Below, one piece after another: positions 12,701 through 26,000 of a stretch of 64,000 nt of DNA; the first letter of the stretch is position 1, and every line of letters starts with the position of its first letter. Position numbers and translations under genes: made by a program. The DNA comes from Monocercomonoides exilis PA203 (taxonomy: Eukaryota > Protista > Preaxostyla): NCBI GenBank assembly GCA_001643675.2, contig LSRY02000012.1:558001-622000 (forward strand), written 5' to 3'. The notes below the pieces were generated by a model that worked only from the letters and a program-made list of their open reading frames with translations, made no database searches and had not been told where the DNA came from.

Positions 12701-15700
12701 CATTCAGAATGCACTGGATGAGCTGTGGTCTCTTGTGGACTTTGTGTTTCCGGGGCGTCTGGGAACACTGGCAGCATTCAAGACTCAGTTTGGAGTGCCC
12801 ATCACGCTGGGCACAAGATCGGGTGCATCGCCTTTCTTTGCGAGGATTGCGGTGCAGTGTGCGGTTGTGCTGCGCTCGCTGATCAAAACGGTACTTCTGC
12901 GGAGGGTGAAGAAGAAAGTGCTGCTGCAGATGCCTCCGAAACAGGAGACGGTGCTGTTCTGCCGCATCACATCAGCACAATACAAAGAGTACATCAAGTA
13001 TTTGCAGTCAGGAGAGATTGATAGGATTATCTATGGCAGGTCACGAGGGGATGAAGGAGATGGCAGAAGATATCGCTCGCAAAAGGGGAAGTACAACGGG
13101 ACGTATGGAGCTATTGATGTGCTGAGGAAGATATGCAACCATCCTGATCTGCTGCTACTGAAGGAGAAGGACACAAGAATACTTCCAGCGGATTACAGAC
13201 ACTGGAACAAGTCAGGGAAGATGAAAGTGCTGAGAGAGCTGCTTTTGCAGTGGTTTGCTGATCATCCTGCAAACAGACAGAGGAAGAGGACTTTGTCTTC
13301 TTCCTCTTCTTCTGCCAGTCAACAAGGCCACAAAGTGCTTCTCTTCTGTCAGACGAGGCAGATGCTGGACATCATAGAAGAGATGGTGTATGAGCACGGC
13401 TTCCCCTTTATGCGGATGGACGGTTCAACTTTGATCAACCAGCGGCAGAAGATGATTGAGCGGTTCAACACATCCCCCAATGAGTTCATTTTCTTGCTCA
13501 CCACAAGAGTGGGAGGGGTGGGTGTGAACTTGACAGGAGCTGATAGGGTTGTCATATTTGATCCAGATTGGAACCCCTTTACGGACATACAGGCGAGAGA
13601 AAGAGCGTGGAGACTGGGGCAAGTGCGGTCTGTGCAGATATTTCGGCTGATTTCGTCTGGCACGATAGAAGAGAAGATATATGAGAGGCAGATATTCAAA
13701 GAGGTTGTGGGGTCGAAGGTGATCCAGGCAGCAGACAAGACGGTGGGGAACTTAGCTCTTCACTCAGCAAGTTCGCAGGCAAACAGCCGTTCGACAGATG
13801 GGAAGACGCGCAAGGGGAAGAAGCTGTCTGTTGGCGGGTGGGAGATGAAGGATCTGTTTGCAGCACCGAAGGACCCAGCTGAGGAAGAGAGGCAGATTGC
13901 AGAGATGGAGAGAAGAAGGCGTGTGTTGAGGATGAAGCAGAAACGGAAAGAAGAAAAAGACGAAGAAATGAAAACAACTTTAGAATTGGGTGATGCTGCA
14001 AATAAAAAGAAGGATAGTGAAAACAATTTGAAGTCAATGGATTCTGATGGGATAGAACAAAATGACATACCCAATTCTGAAGAAGAAGGAGAAGAAGGAG
14101 AAGGAGAAGAAGGAGAAGGAGAAGAAATGAAAGAAGAAGACAACGGAGTGAAAATTGGTGACAAACAAATGGCAGAAACAGCAGCAGATGCGTCTACAGG
14201 TACAGGTACAGACACAACACAAATTGACTCGCTGCTCAAAGGGTTGATTGTGAGAAGTGGGACAGAGCAGTCTGAGAAGGAAAGGGCGAAGAAATTGGTG
14301 GAGCAGATGAAGATGAAGGCGGAGGAGAAAGCAAGAGATGAAGAGAAGAGAAAAGAAAAAGAAGAAAAAATGAAGAATGAGATGAAGACAAATGTGAAAA
14401 AAGAAGAGGAAGCATTGGAAGAAGGAGAAATAACATCAGATGATGAAGCAATAAAGCCAGAAGCAGAAAGCGTGACTGATCAGAAGTCTTCAAATGATGA
14501 GATAAAAGAAGAGAAAGCAACAACTGACAACACATCAGTTTCTCAAATAGCATCTTCTCTTTCAAACAATTTGAGCAATGCAGAGAAAGATGAAGGAGAA
14601 GGAGAAGGCGAAGGCGAAGATGATGAAGACGAGCTTGTCTCCATTCTTTTGGGGAACAAGAAAGACGAAGTGAATGAAGATGCACATTCTTCATTGCAGA
14701 GGGCTATAGGCGATGCGATGGTGCAGAGGAAGCTGATGGGCACAGCAGAGTTTGAGAGGACGATGCTGAAGGCGCTGAATAAAGAGGAGCAGAGAAAGAA
14801 GATGAGGGAGATGGAGAAGAAGAAGAAAGAAGCGAAGGGGAAGAAAGGGAAGAATGGGAAAGAGGCAGATAAAGATAAAAACGTAGAAAAAGAAATGAAT
14901 AACACCAAAGAAATCAAAACAGACAGAGCAATCACACCAACAAAGCCCAAACCCAAACAAAAGCAATTTTCTCTACCAATTGCTCTTTTAGATGCAACAG
15001 CGTCACACGATGTGCTTGTGGGCGACAAGGACGAAGAGGAAGACAACGAGGCAAAAAGAGAAGAGGAAGAGAGGCTGTGGGCGCTCCGAGTAAAAGAAGA
15101 CCAGGAAATACAAGCATTTGCGAAGCTGAAGGCGGAGAATCTGAAGAAACTAAGTCGATCGTTCTCTCGCTCGCCTTCTCCGTCACAGTCGCCAACATGT
15201 TCAAGTCTTTCCTTGTCTTCTTCTTCTTCTTCTTCTTCTTCTTCTTCTTCTTCTTCTTCTTCTTCTCCATCTTCTTCTTTTTCACACACATCATCATTTT
15301 CTTCTTCTTCTTCTTCTTCTTCTTCTTCATCCAAGAAACATTCCACTTCATTGAAGAAACAATCTCCTGCAACTTCTCTATTCATTCCATCTCCTTCTCC
15401 TCCTCCTTCCTTTTCTCCATTCATCACCAGACAGCCTCCTCAGCCTTTTCAGCCCATTGCACCTTCTCCCACATTCATGCAGAAATCCAAAGATTCCTCG
15501 ATTTCAAGCAATTTATCAGCAAAACCACACATTTTCAGCCAAATTCAAACCCAGCTGCTTTCCCATCCTTCTCTTCCTGAAAGAGAGCTGTCATCAGCCG
15601 AGCTGAGCGAGCGGCGCATCGACGAAGACGCGAAGTTTGTGGCGAGCCAGGCGCTGACAGCAATCAAACAGTCAGTTCATCACAAGACACACCACGACCT

Positions 15701-15944
15701 TATCCACGAGAATGCTGAGAGTGTCCGGTCAATCATCAGTGGAGACGCGAAAATGACGAAAAGTGTGACAAGGGCTTCTTCTTCGCCGAATAAACGACAG
15801 CAGGAGCTTGTGAATGGAAATCATGAGACGAATTTAAATGTGAATGAACGAGCTCCGCTGTACCAGCTGAAAACAGGGATGCATCCAACAAGCTCACAAA
15901 ATGTTATAATAAAAGGCTCAATTGCATTGGGGAAAAAATCATGA
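9764..15944 (+). CDS. ERCC6: SNF2-family DNA translocase ERCC6/CSB/Rad26 (transcription-coupled repair)
   Basis: ORF 10608-15944 has [86 protein letters not shown] and FLLTTRVGGVGVNLTGADRVVIFDPDWNP.TD.QARERAWRLGQ (CSB/Rad26 signatures). Four short 5' exons from ATG 9764 join in frame via GT..AG introns; the start is less certain. Confidence 0.9.
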
Positions 15945-17196
15945 TTTATAAAAAAAAAAAAAGAAAGTTTAAAGGGATGCGTGTTATATCAATAGGAACC
16001 ATGCAATAATGCCTTATCAATTTTATATATTTGAATTTTGGATATTTTTGTTTCTATATTTATTTTTAATTTTGAATTGGCTTTTGAGGGATTATTGAGA
16101 CCTATCATTTGCTTGAAAATATGAGTGCCTGTAATACAATTTTAAAACTTTTCGATCGAAATTACAAAAATAATATTTATAGTAAGAAATTTTCTTTCAA
16201 ATTTCCATTTTTAGAAGAATCAATTGGAGTAAAATTCTTACATTTATAAAAAAAAACAATGATTTGTTCCAAACAATTTCTGATATTTTATCATAATATA
16301 TCTTTCATTCTCATGCATAATTTGGCATATGATAACTTCACGTAGTCATTGAAGTGTTCACAAAAATTTAATACATAAATAAAACGAGATTAAATAGAAT
16401 AAATAAAACACGTTCAGCATCGAATTTTCGGTTTTTAATCTCACATTTTTTTAGATAAAAAACCTATCAAATAGTTAAATATTGTGGGAGAGATCAATTT
16501 TTGAAAAAATGAAAAAGTAAATATTTCGCATTTTGGTTATGTATTTAATAACGCATTTAATAAAAATGAAAGATATATTAATTAAAATAAAATTTAAAAA
16601 AAGATTCGACGTAAAATACATTTGGAAAATGAATTTTTTTATTTTCATTTCTTAAAATAAAAAATATTTAGGGTATTTTTCAAAAAATTTAAGTTGAAAA
16701 TTTTTTAAATGTTTCTTTTATTTTCGAACCTATTTGTTATTTATTTATTATTTAATATACAACATAAATAAAAATATAGACAAAAAACATATTCTCAGCG
16801 ACTACGTTAAGTTATCATTAGTCCATAATTATATAGAATACATATTTATATATAGAAGAAAAAATTGAATGGAACAAAATATTTGAAGCAAATAGATATC
16901 ATCCCATTTGTCTTTCAAAGTTAAGTTCAAAAAAATAAAAAAACGACTTTTTTTTCAATCATATAATAACTTCAAACCATGATGGAAGGAATGCAGTGCA
17001 ATTTGATTTTTCTTGAATTCTTCTTTTGGTTATCAACATAAATTTTCGAAAAATAACAATGAAATACATATTATCTTTTTGTTTTGGGAGAGAATGATTA
17101 TAATGATGGGATGATCAGAAATAATTTTATAAAAATTGAAGCAAACCCCTTTAATTTAATTATTATTAAATCATTAAAGGAAACAACACAAAAGTC

Positions 17197-18789
17197 ATGA
17201 TCCATTATAGTGGGAAAAAAGTAAGTTCATCAAAAAGGAAAACAGAATTAACAAAGAGGGATAAATGGGGAAGGACGAAAGCAATGCGCTGGATCATGGA
17301 GAAAAAAACAGAACCACCAAAGTGGATGATACATGATACTTCTCAACGCAATAACAATGGTTATACTATGGCCATGTATTGGATTCAATTTGTGCAGACA
17401 GAACCTCCAGAATGGATGCGGCATGACAACGAACTTGCCAACAAGGGAGGGTGGACGATGGCAATGCATTGGATTATTACTGTTAAGACTGAACCGCCAG
17501 AATGGATGCGGCATAATAATAAGCTTGACAACGATAAAGGAATAACAATGTCTATGATTTGGATTACACATGTGAAAACAGAACCACCCAAGTGGATGAG
17601 ACACGGAATTACTCTTGTTGATAATCGTGGATGGACAATGGCGATGTATTGGATTCAGTTTGTTCAAACAGACCCACCAGAATGGATGAGACACGACATC
17701 ACATTTTGCGATAAATACGGAAACACTATGGCCATATTGTGGATCGAAAAAGTTAAGGCAGATCCGCCAGAATGGATGAGACATGAAATTACTCTTGCTG
17801 ATAACAAAGGATGGACAATGGCCATGGCATGGATCGAAGAAGTTAAGACAGAGCCATCGGAATGGATGCGACACAATATTACGGTTGCTAATAAGAGAGG
17901 AGAAACAATGGCAATACTTTGGATTTTTCATACAAAGACGGAGCCACCTGAGTGGATGAGACACAACATTTCACTGCGTGATAATAGCGGACTAACGATG
18001 GCCATACACTGGATAAAGCAAGTTAAAACAGAACCTCCCGAATGGATGCGTCATGATGCCACACTTTGCAATAAAAATGGATGCACAATGGCCATGACAT
18101 GGATAATACACGTGAAAACAGAGCCACCTGAGTGGATGAGACATGACATTGCTCAACGTGACAATTTTGGATTGACAATGTCCATGTACTGGATAAGATT
18201 TATTGAATCTGATCCTCCACAATGGATGAGACACGACCTCACATTTGCCGATAAAGCTGGAAATACTATGGCAATGACATGCATCGAAAATGTCAAAATA
18301 GAACCACCGGAATGGATGAGACATGAAATAACACTTTGCAACAATTTTGGATCAACAATGGCAATGCTGTGGATTATGTGGGTTGGAACAGAGCCACCAG
18401 AGTGGATGAGGCATGACATAACACTTTCTCAAAAGGATGGAGGAACGATGGCCATGTTGTGGATTCAGTTTGTTCAAACAGAGCCACCTGAATGGATGAG
18501 GCATGATTCTTCACTTGCTGATAAGGACGGTTGGACAATGGCTATGATATGGATCGAAAAAGTTAAGACAGAGCCACCTGAATGGATGAGACATGATATT
18601 ACGATTGCTAATAAGAGAGGAGAAACAATGGCAATACTTTGGATTTTTCATACAAAAACAGAGCCGCCTGAGTGGATGCGTCATGACATTACAATAAGAG
18701 ACAATTTTGGAAGGACAATGGCAACATTTTGGAAAAAGAAATGCGTGAATAAGCCACCAAAGTGGATGATCACTGATGATTCCACATGA
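17197..18789 (+). CDS. Intronless tandem-repeat protein: 20-aa basic leader plus 17 x 30-aa ankyrin-derived Trp/Met-rich repeats
   Basis: 530 aa = 20 + 17x30 with no indels. Consensus x[DN]xxGxTMAMxWIxxVKTEPPEWMRHDITL; 90-bp DNA periodicity; TGA stop at 18789. Confidence 0.9.
   Translation: MIHYSGKKVSSSKRKTELTKRDKWGRTKAMRWIMEKKTEPPKWMIHDTSQRNNNGYTMAMYWIQFVQTEPPEWMRHDNELANKGGWTMAMHWIITVKTEPPEWMRHNNKLDNDKGITMSMIWITHVKTEPPKWMRHGITLVDNRGWTMAMYWIQFVQTDPPEWMRHDITFCDKYGNTMAILWIEKVKADPPEWMRHEITLADNKGWTMAMAWIEEVKTEPSEWMRHNITVANKRGETMAILWIFHTKTEPPEWMRHNISLRDNSGLTMAIHWIKQVKTEPPEWMRHDATLCNKNGCTMAMTWIIHVKTEPPEWMRHDIAQRDNFGLTMSMYWIRFIESDPPQWMRHDLTFADKAGNTMAMTCIENVKIEPPEWMRHEITLCNNFGSTMAMLWIMWVGTEPPEWMRHDITLSQKDGGTMAMLWIQFVQTEPPEWMRHDSSLADKDGWTMAMIWIEKVKTEPPEWMRHDITIANKRGETMAILWIFHTKTEPPEWMRHDITIRDNFGRTMATFWKKKCVNKPPKWMITDDST
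17257..18786 (+). repeat. Coding tandem array, 17 units of 90 bp
   Basis: The core GA(A/G)CC(A/G/T)CC.GA(A/G)TGGATG(A/C)G.CA recurs every 90 nt, with synonymous variation between units. Confidence 0.95.
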
Positions 18790-20073
18790 ATGTTAGTCTT
18801 TTCGAATTGAGAATCTTCTCGTTTTTTAATTTGAATCAGCAGAAAAAAATAGCATCTGATTTTAGTCGTTGCAACAAGAAAATTTGACAATTTCATTTCA
18901 ATGAAAATTTAAAGTTATTGATCAAAAATGTAGCGGAGAACTTTATGCTCCGCCAAATATCCAAATAAGCCTTATTGGCATTCATTTTTGTATCTCCACT
19001 TTTCTTTTCTTTTCTTTTTTTTTGTTTGGTCTATCGTTCAATTTCAATAATTTTATCAAACCATGTCAGTTTTATCTTTTTCTGAAAAACAATAACAATT
19101 TGATGAATCTTATGCATTTTTCAAATTAAGGCACAATATCCAGTATTCCATGAGTTAACCTAGAAGCAGAGGAAAACAACAATATTTTTGGAAGACAATT
19201 GAAGAATGTGGATTGCCAATTTTTCTAATGCTGGCAGTGATGTTGAAATAGTCAAAGTTGTCATTATAATTTCCTTTTTTCGCTCAAAATGGCTGTGTAT
19301 CGAAGAGCGTAATCCAGATTCAATTTACCATTATGCTGTTTGATTGTATCATATATCAAACGATTGGATACTCTTTGTCGGTGTTTCTCATGTCTTTGGC
19401 GTATAATTTTTGCATTTATGAAGAAAGCAATGATTGTTGCAAGCTTTTTCTGCAATAATATCATAAAAAGTCAACCATTACAATGCAAACAAATGCAAAA
19501 AAAAAAATTAAAAATTGAAAAAAAAAATCAGAAAAATTTGTTAGGAACAAAATTCATAAAGTGAATAATTCTGATCCAAATAGATTTTGCAAAAAGAAAA
19601 ATTTGGGAAAATTTTTATGAACTGCAGAAATAAAACTGTATTTTTCTTCAGACTTAACCAACTTTTTTTTTCCTTATCTATTTTATTGTGAAATAATGCA
19701 TTTTCCCCTCGAAATTTTTTTTAAATGATTTTATTCAAAAGATTGAACGATGATTATTTTGATATCGTTCTTTTTCAAGGAAGAAGAGAATAATAAAAAA
19801 GATGTGAACGAATATCAAACTAGAAAAATGAAAATTTTTTCGTAGAAAGCTGTTTTGTTGTTAAGAATGAACTTTTATTTATTGCCTTCAAAATCTTTCA
19901 AAAAGATTCTTTATTTTTTGAGAAAATAATAGAAAAGATTCTCAATGAGTTTTCAATTTTTCATAAATACTATGAAAAATTAACGGATTATAGTATTTTG
20001 TTATTTATTTCACAAACAAATATGAAAACTTTTTATTGAAGATCCAGTCCCCATAGTGCGCTTTTGTTTCCAA

Positions 20074-23000
20074 ATGTGTTTCATTGTGTTTTATTTATTG
20101 TTCCTTGCTTTTGCGAAGCCAACTGATCGGTCCGTGATAGTATCAACACAAGCCCCGTTTCAGCCAGTTTCGCTCTTGGCAGAATCGTGCGAGTTCTTTG
20201 CACAACTTGATTCAGATTATTATTGGGGATTTTTGGACTATGCATTTGAACAAGGACTTGGAAAGAAGAACGAAGAAGAACTAATGAAAATTATATACGA
20301 TTTTACAAAGGAAGCAACCGATTCTTCTGCTCTTGCTGCTTCACTTCGAGCAACACTGCATGTTCATACATTTGCTCCATTTATTGAATCTCAACATCAA
20401 ATGGCGATGAACGATTGGCATATGTATGCAAGTTCGGCTCAACTTTCAAAATATTCAACTCCTCCACCAATTTTTGCGGTTCTTGTCCAACCTTATCAAG
20501 ATAATCAGGCTAAACCTGGTAGACCTAATGGAGAGAATTATTTGCACAATAACAGAAGTGTTATATTCACGTCACCTGAAGATTTGAAAACGAAACTGAC
20601 GTTTTCTAAAAGGCAGAAATTGGACTATGCCAGACTTTATGGATCCAGTCCAATTCAGCCAGTTGAATCTCCCACCCTCTTGAATTCTGATCACATATTT
20701 CCATCGACAATAAGTAGAAATACGAATTTGCCCATTGTGATTTTATATGGATCAGTTAACGATGAAGGAATGCAAGATTGGATCAAAATGCTGAAAAGCA
20801 CTCAAGAAGAAACACTTCGAAAAGGGCCAAGTGGCGAAAATCGCGAGCATTTCCCATCTTTCATCTTTACCGTGAGACATTTCAGAAATTATGAAAAAGA
20901 ACCACAAACAATGTTAAAGAAAGAGAAAACAGAAAATATGACTGTGTGTGGATATGGAATTGAGCTGGCATTGAGAGATTCTGAATACAAATTTGGTGAC
21001 AAAGGAAAACATGGAAATGACGCAGAAGAAGATGATGGAGACGAAGAAGGGATAAGTCAGAATGCAAAAGATGGGCGTTTTGACATCCTGCCTCCAGAAT
21101 ATGACCTTCCTGATGATGTATATGACACACCTGTTTTAGGCATTAACATCAAGAAAATGGCACAGAGACACAGACATTTAGCTGCCTTTGCGGAAACCCC
21201 ACGCAGTGAGAAAAACGCGACAAGCTGGGCGAAAGCAGACGAAGAAGAGGAAGTTGTGATTGAAGGGCGAAGCAGATTGGATCGCTTGTTCCGTGGGCTG
21301 ATTCACGAGTCGTTTGCGGGATTTCTTCCGATTGCACGTGTGAAGGACATTGGGACGAAGACTACACTTCACATCAAAACACAACCAGATCCACTTGGAG
21401 CACTTGTTGACTTGAGCGACAACTTCCCTGTGGTTGGGCCATCCATCGCGAAAATGCCGATGTCGATGGAGCTGCGTTCGCATCTGATGTCCGTTCAGCC
21501 GTACTTCCAAGGCGACGATGCACTGCTCCTCGTCAACGGGCGGGCACTCACTGGGAAAATGTCTGTGTGGTCGCTGCTGTCTGCTGTGACAGACGAGCTA
21601 AAGCACGCTGTGGCGCTGCAGCAGATCGGGATGCACAACACCGCCATCCGCAAGATTGCTCAGATTCCTGTCTTCACCCCGAACTTGCACACACGTGGAT
21701 ACGACCGCATCCGCACTGAAAAGTCCTCCTTCGTCACAGAAACCATCCGTGTCATTGCGCGCCCACCAAGCGAGAAGTACTTTCTGAACAACATCGAGAC
21801 AGACAAGAAGTACAATGAATGGTCTGGTGACATAACTCTTCTGGCTGAAATCGACTTAAACCAGCAGTATGTACCCAGCGTGCGCCGCAATCTGGTTGTG
21901 GTGACGGCATTTTTGGATCTAGCGCGCCCGGAGTCGCAGCAGACGATTGTGAACATGCTTGAGCTGCTCGACCAGGGCTATGCCATCCGCTTTGGTGTGG
22001 TGCCTGTTGTATCTCCCTTGCTGTCACCTACAGCTGCTCAGCAGTCTTCTTCGGCTCAGCTGGCGCGGTGGTGGCTGGCAGAGATGAGAAGAGGCGGGGC
22101 AATGAATGCAGCGCGGATGGTACGAGGGCTCGAGAAGAGGAAGCAGCAGCTGTCGATCAACAATGTGCGCCAAATGGTTGTTATGTCTCAGCACAAGAAG
22201 GGAGTGCAGAATGCGTGGATGACACTCGAAGACTGGAAGAACGTGACAGAAGGCAAAGACAAGCAGATCGAGGAGGATATGAAGGAGATCAAGATGGTGC
22301 TGGAGGAGACGCTTGTGCCTGTGCCGTGCTTGTCATTCAATGGGATCATCTGCCCTGTGGACAACATTGAGCAGACAGTGAGGGCATACTACCCACAGGA
22401 GCTGAGGCTGATGAGGCAGCTCGTCATGCAAGGCGAGCTCAGCATCCCGAAGAAGAAGAAGAGAGAAGACTTGTATCTAAACATCCCTGGCTTCCAGCGG
22501 AGCAACGCACCGGTGGAGATCCTGTGGAACATCACACGAAGAGAAAGGTGGGTGGAGAAGGCGAGGGAGATTGGAGCGATTGGGAGACTGTCGCTGACAG
22601 GGCGCAAGGAGCTGGATGCAGAGAGGATCAGGCAGGCAGAGAAGGAGCTGGGAATCACTGTGGAGATGAAGATGAAGCCAAACGCGACAGAGCTGGAGAA
22701 GAAGCGGAGGGTGTACCAGACAGCTGCCGACGGGTTTGAGAGAGAACGGGCAGTGAAGCGGTTTGAGGAGAAGAGTCCAGCGTGGGTGGACAAGATGACG
22801 AAGATGCGGCACATGGAAGGGTTCACGTTTGTGACAGAGACGAAGTGGACGCCGCAGATTCTGAATGCTCACGAGCCACTGGGAGGTGCCGGCACACGCT
22901 CCAGCAGCGCCGACAAGGACATCCTCGCGACGTCGGTCTCTGCGACTGATTTTTATGCGCAGTCGAGTGGCACTCCCGCCGCCAATGCGCATTTTGTGTC

Positions 23001-26000
23001 GCCCACTCTGTTTGCGAAGATGATGCGCCGCGCGTCGGCCACTGCGCAGTTCGTGCAGCCGGCGTCACGCCCAACACAAGCGAGCAAAGGCGCGGGGAAA
23101 AGCAAGAGGCTGGCGGGGATGTCAGAGAACAGCATCGCCTCCCGCCTGCTGCAGACGAGCTCACCACTGACACATTTTGTGGCAGTGGATTACACACAGA
23201 AGCCGCAGATGGAGGCAGCTAGTTCCATCATTTCTGCAATGAGCGGGGGAATTTCGCGGGCGGCGCTTTTGTTTGCGACGAAAGGGACAGTGAAGCCCTT
23301 GTCGTTTCCGTCTGTGTTTCTGTCGACGATTGGCATTGTGCACCCGCGTGTGACACAGTCATACACCTCCTTTTTGATCCGACTGTACTACACAATGAAG
23401 CTGGAGCCACCAGCAGGGCAGTCTGTGAACCAAACAGCATCTCCAAGCAGCAAAAGGGAGAAAGATCAGACGAATGAACATCTCCTCACAGAAGACGTGC
23501 TTGTGGCGCAGATAGCAAAATGGGCAGCGGAGGAAGCGAAGATGGTGAAGGAGACGACGAAAAAGACGTCCAACATGATGATCGAAGACCTGTTCAAGTG
23601 GAATGCAACGCTCCTGGCACGCATCCACAATTTGGCACAGCAGACGGCTGTCAGCAGCAAAGTCAAAGCGATTCTGGAAGAGCACAACGAAGTCATAAGA
23701 AAGCTTAGCTTGAACGTTCCTCTGACTCCATTGGAACTTCAACTGCACTCGTCTCCAACGTCACCGCTGGCTTCAGGAAGAGAAGAAGGAATTGTCGATG
23801 CATCAGTCAACTTCTTGGGATCAGAGAAAGGACAATCATCATCTTCATCATTATCTTCTTCTTCTTCTTCTTCTGCAAGTGAAGGAAAGCCTGTCATTCC
23901 ATGCACTTTCCTCATCACCAACGGGCTTGTCCGACCGATCACAAAGGCACAAACTGCATCTCTTCAGTACAACCTTCTCTCATTCACAGCTCTTCAGAAG
24001 GAGACGTCAGTGAAGATCAATCATTTCTACAATGCCGAGCGTTCTGTGCCTGTTGTGGACAGTGTTATGACGAAGAGCCAGATGAAAGACTTGGAAGGAT
24101 GGGAGGTGGCGAGGAGGTGGATGCCGCTGTGGAGAGGGCTGTTCAACTGCAAAGAGGAGGAGCTGACAGACGAGGAGATATCGCTCTCGTGGTTGACTTC
24201 AGGGGACGAGAGTGAGAATGAGAAGACAATGAATGGTGAAGGAGTTAATGAGAGAGATGCAGAGGAAAGAGTGGAAGAAGAGGACGGATCGTCGTTTCTG
24301 GCTATCCTGCAGCTTGTGCAAGGGTTGCACTGCTTCAGATACCCACGTGCGGCAACGGTTGATAGAGAAGTGTTCACAGAATGCAACCGCTTGGACAACA
24401 CATTCAATCTGATGGAAGGAGCAGAAGAACAAAAAGAGAAGAACTTGCTGAGGAAGAAGAAGTATGAAGAGTGGGGGAAGAGGAAAGACGAGAAAGATGC
24501 ATCAGCAACAAGCAAAGCAGCTAACAAAGACAAAGAAGGCAATGATGATGATGATGATGACAATGAAGATTCCGAAGACGAAGAGCAGAACACGAAGTAT
24601 CTCAACATGATGGTAGCGATCAACCCACTTGTTGAGACGCAGCGCCATGTGGGCCATCTCCTTCTCTTTTTGCGGTCGCAGCTGGGCGACTGGATCGAAG
24701 GGAAAGTGGTGCTGTGCCCGACACTCACACACCACTCGCTCCCTCTTCGCTCTCTCTACCGCTTCGCTCTCTTTGACACGCCCAGATACACTCAAGGGGG
24801 ACAGCTCATTCAAGGACCCAAAGTCGTGTTTCCGCAGCTTTCTCCTTCGTTTGTGTGGACACTCAACCACCACCCACCTAGCGGCTGGGAGGTGCAGCAG
24901 AAGGAAGCGAAGGATGACTTAGACAACATCCAGTTTGAAGACTTGGATGCGCTTGGAGGAGGGAAGGAGAGGAACGTGACAGCAGTCTACAGAATCAGCA
25001 ACTTCCTGGTGAAGGGCCACTTCCACGACATCCTTAACTCCCCGGCCTCTGGAATGCCCCTCGCCATTCACTCTTTGCACGCACCCACTGAAGCATCGCC
25101 AGCACCTGAGGGGTCAAAGCTTGTGCCGTCTTTCTCTACAACAGTTGTTCTCGATGCGAAGGGTTACTTCCAATTGCCCGTAGCATCACCAGGCATCCAT
25201 CTCTTATCTGTCTCCCCTCACTTAGACAACTACATCTCAGTCGCTGCACTTTCTGAACAGCGTCTGCTTTCTCTGTCACGCGATGGCTCTCTTTTGGAGT
25301 CTTCTGTGTCGCCTGTGCTGGGTGAGGCAGTGCTGCACAGAAGCAAAAACGGCGGGTGGCTGGTGGTGAACAGCTGGGAAGGGAGTCGAGTGATGGGGCG
25401 CATCAACATGCTGTACAGAGATGTAAACTTGTTCAGCGTGGCGCGGTCGGAGCAAGAGAGAGCGAGGCAGAAGATGGAGAGGAATGCAGGGAGGATGAAG
25501 GAGAAAGGGAAAGGGAAGAATAGTGGTACATTGTCACTCACAGGCGTGCCTTCCACAGAGAACAAGCCAGACACGATTCACATCTTCACGATATGCTCAG
25601 GGCATTTGTATGAGCGGCTGGCGAAGATTATGATGATGTCTGTGCTGAACAACACGAAAAAGCCAGTGAAGTTCTGGTTTCTGGAGAGTGTGATATCGCC
25701 TTCGTTCCGTGCCGAGCTTCCCGTGATGAGCAAGAGAATGAAGTTTTCCTATCAGCTGGTGGATTATGCGTGGCCAGACGGCGTTGTGACGAATGCGCGG
25801 ACGAAGATGCGGAGTGTGTGGGCATACAAGATCCTGTTCCTGGACTTGCTGTTCCCGGTTGACTTGGAAAGGGTCATATTTGTGGATGCTGACCAGATTT
25901 GCAAGACGGATATGGACGAGCTGATGAAGATGGATCTGCAGGGCGCACCATATGGATACACACCGTTCTGCAATGACAGACCGGAGATGAAGCCGTATCG

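Noticed and set aside
17248-18419. Antisense ORFs with their own 30-aa periodicity (MSHPFRW..., CLIHSGGS...)
   Set aside because: A by-product of the sense repeat; they are broken by stops while the plus frame is fully open.
17257-18786. CRISPR-like appearance (conserved core alternating with variable segments every 90 bp)
   Set aside because: The cores vary at synonymous positions, the period is a multiple of 3 within one ORF, no cas genes are present, and the context is eukaryotic.
19140-19500. Coding-like fragment downstream of the repeat gene, plus a small hairpin at ~18932-18952
   Set aside because: Interrupted by stops with no recognisable family; short hairpins of this size arise by chance.
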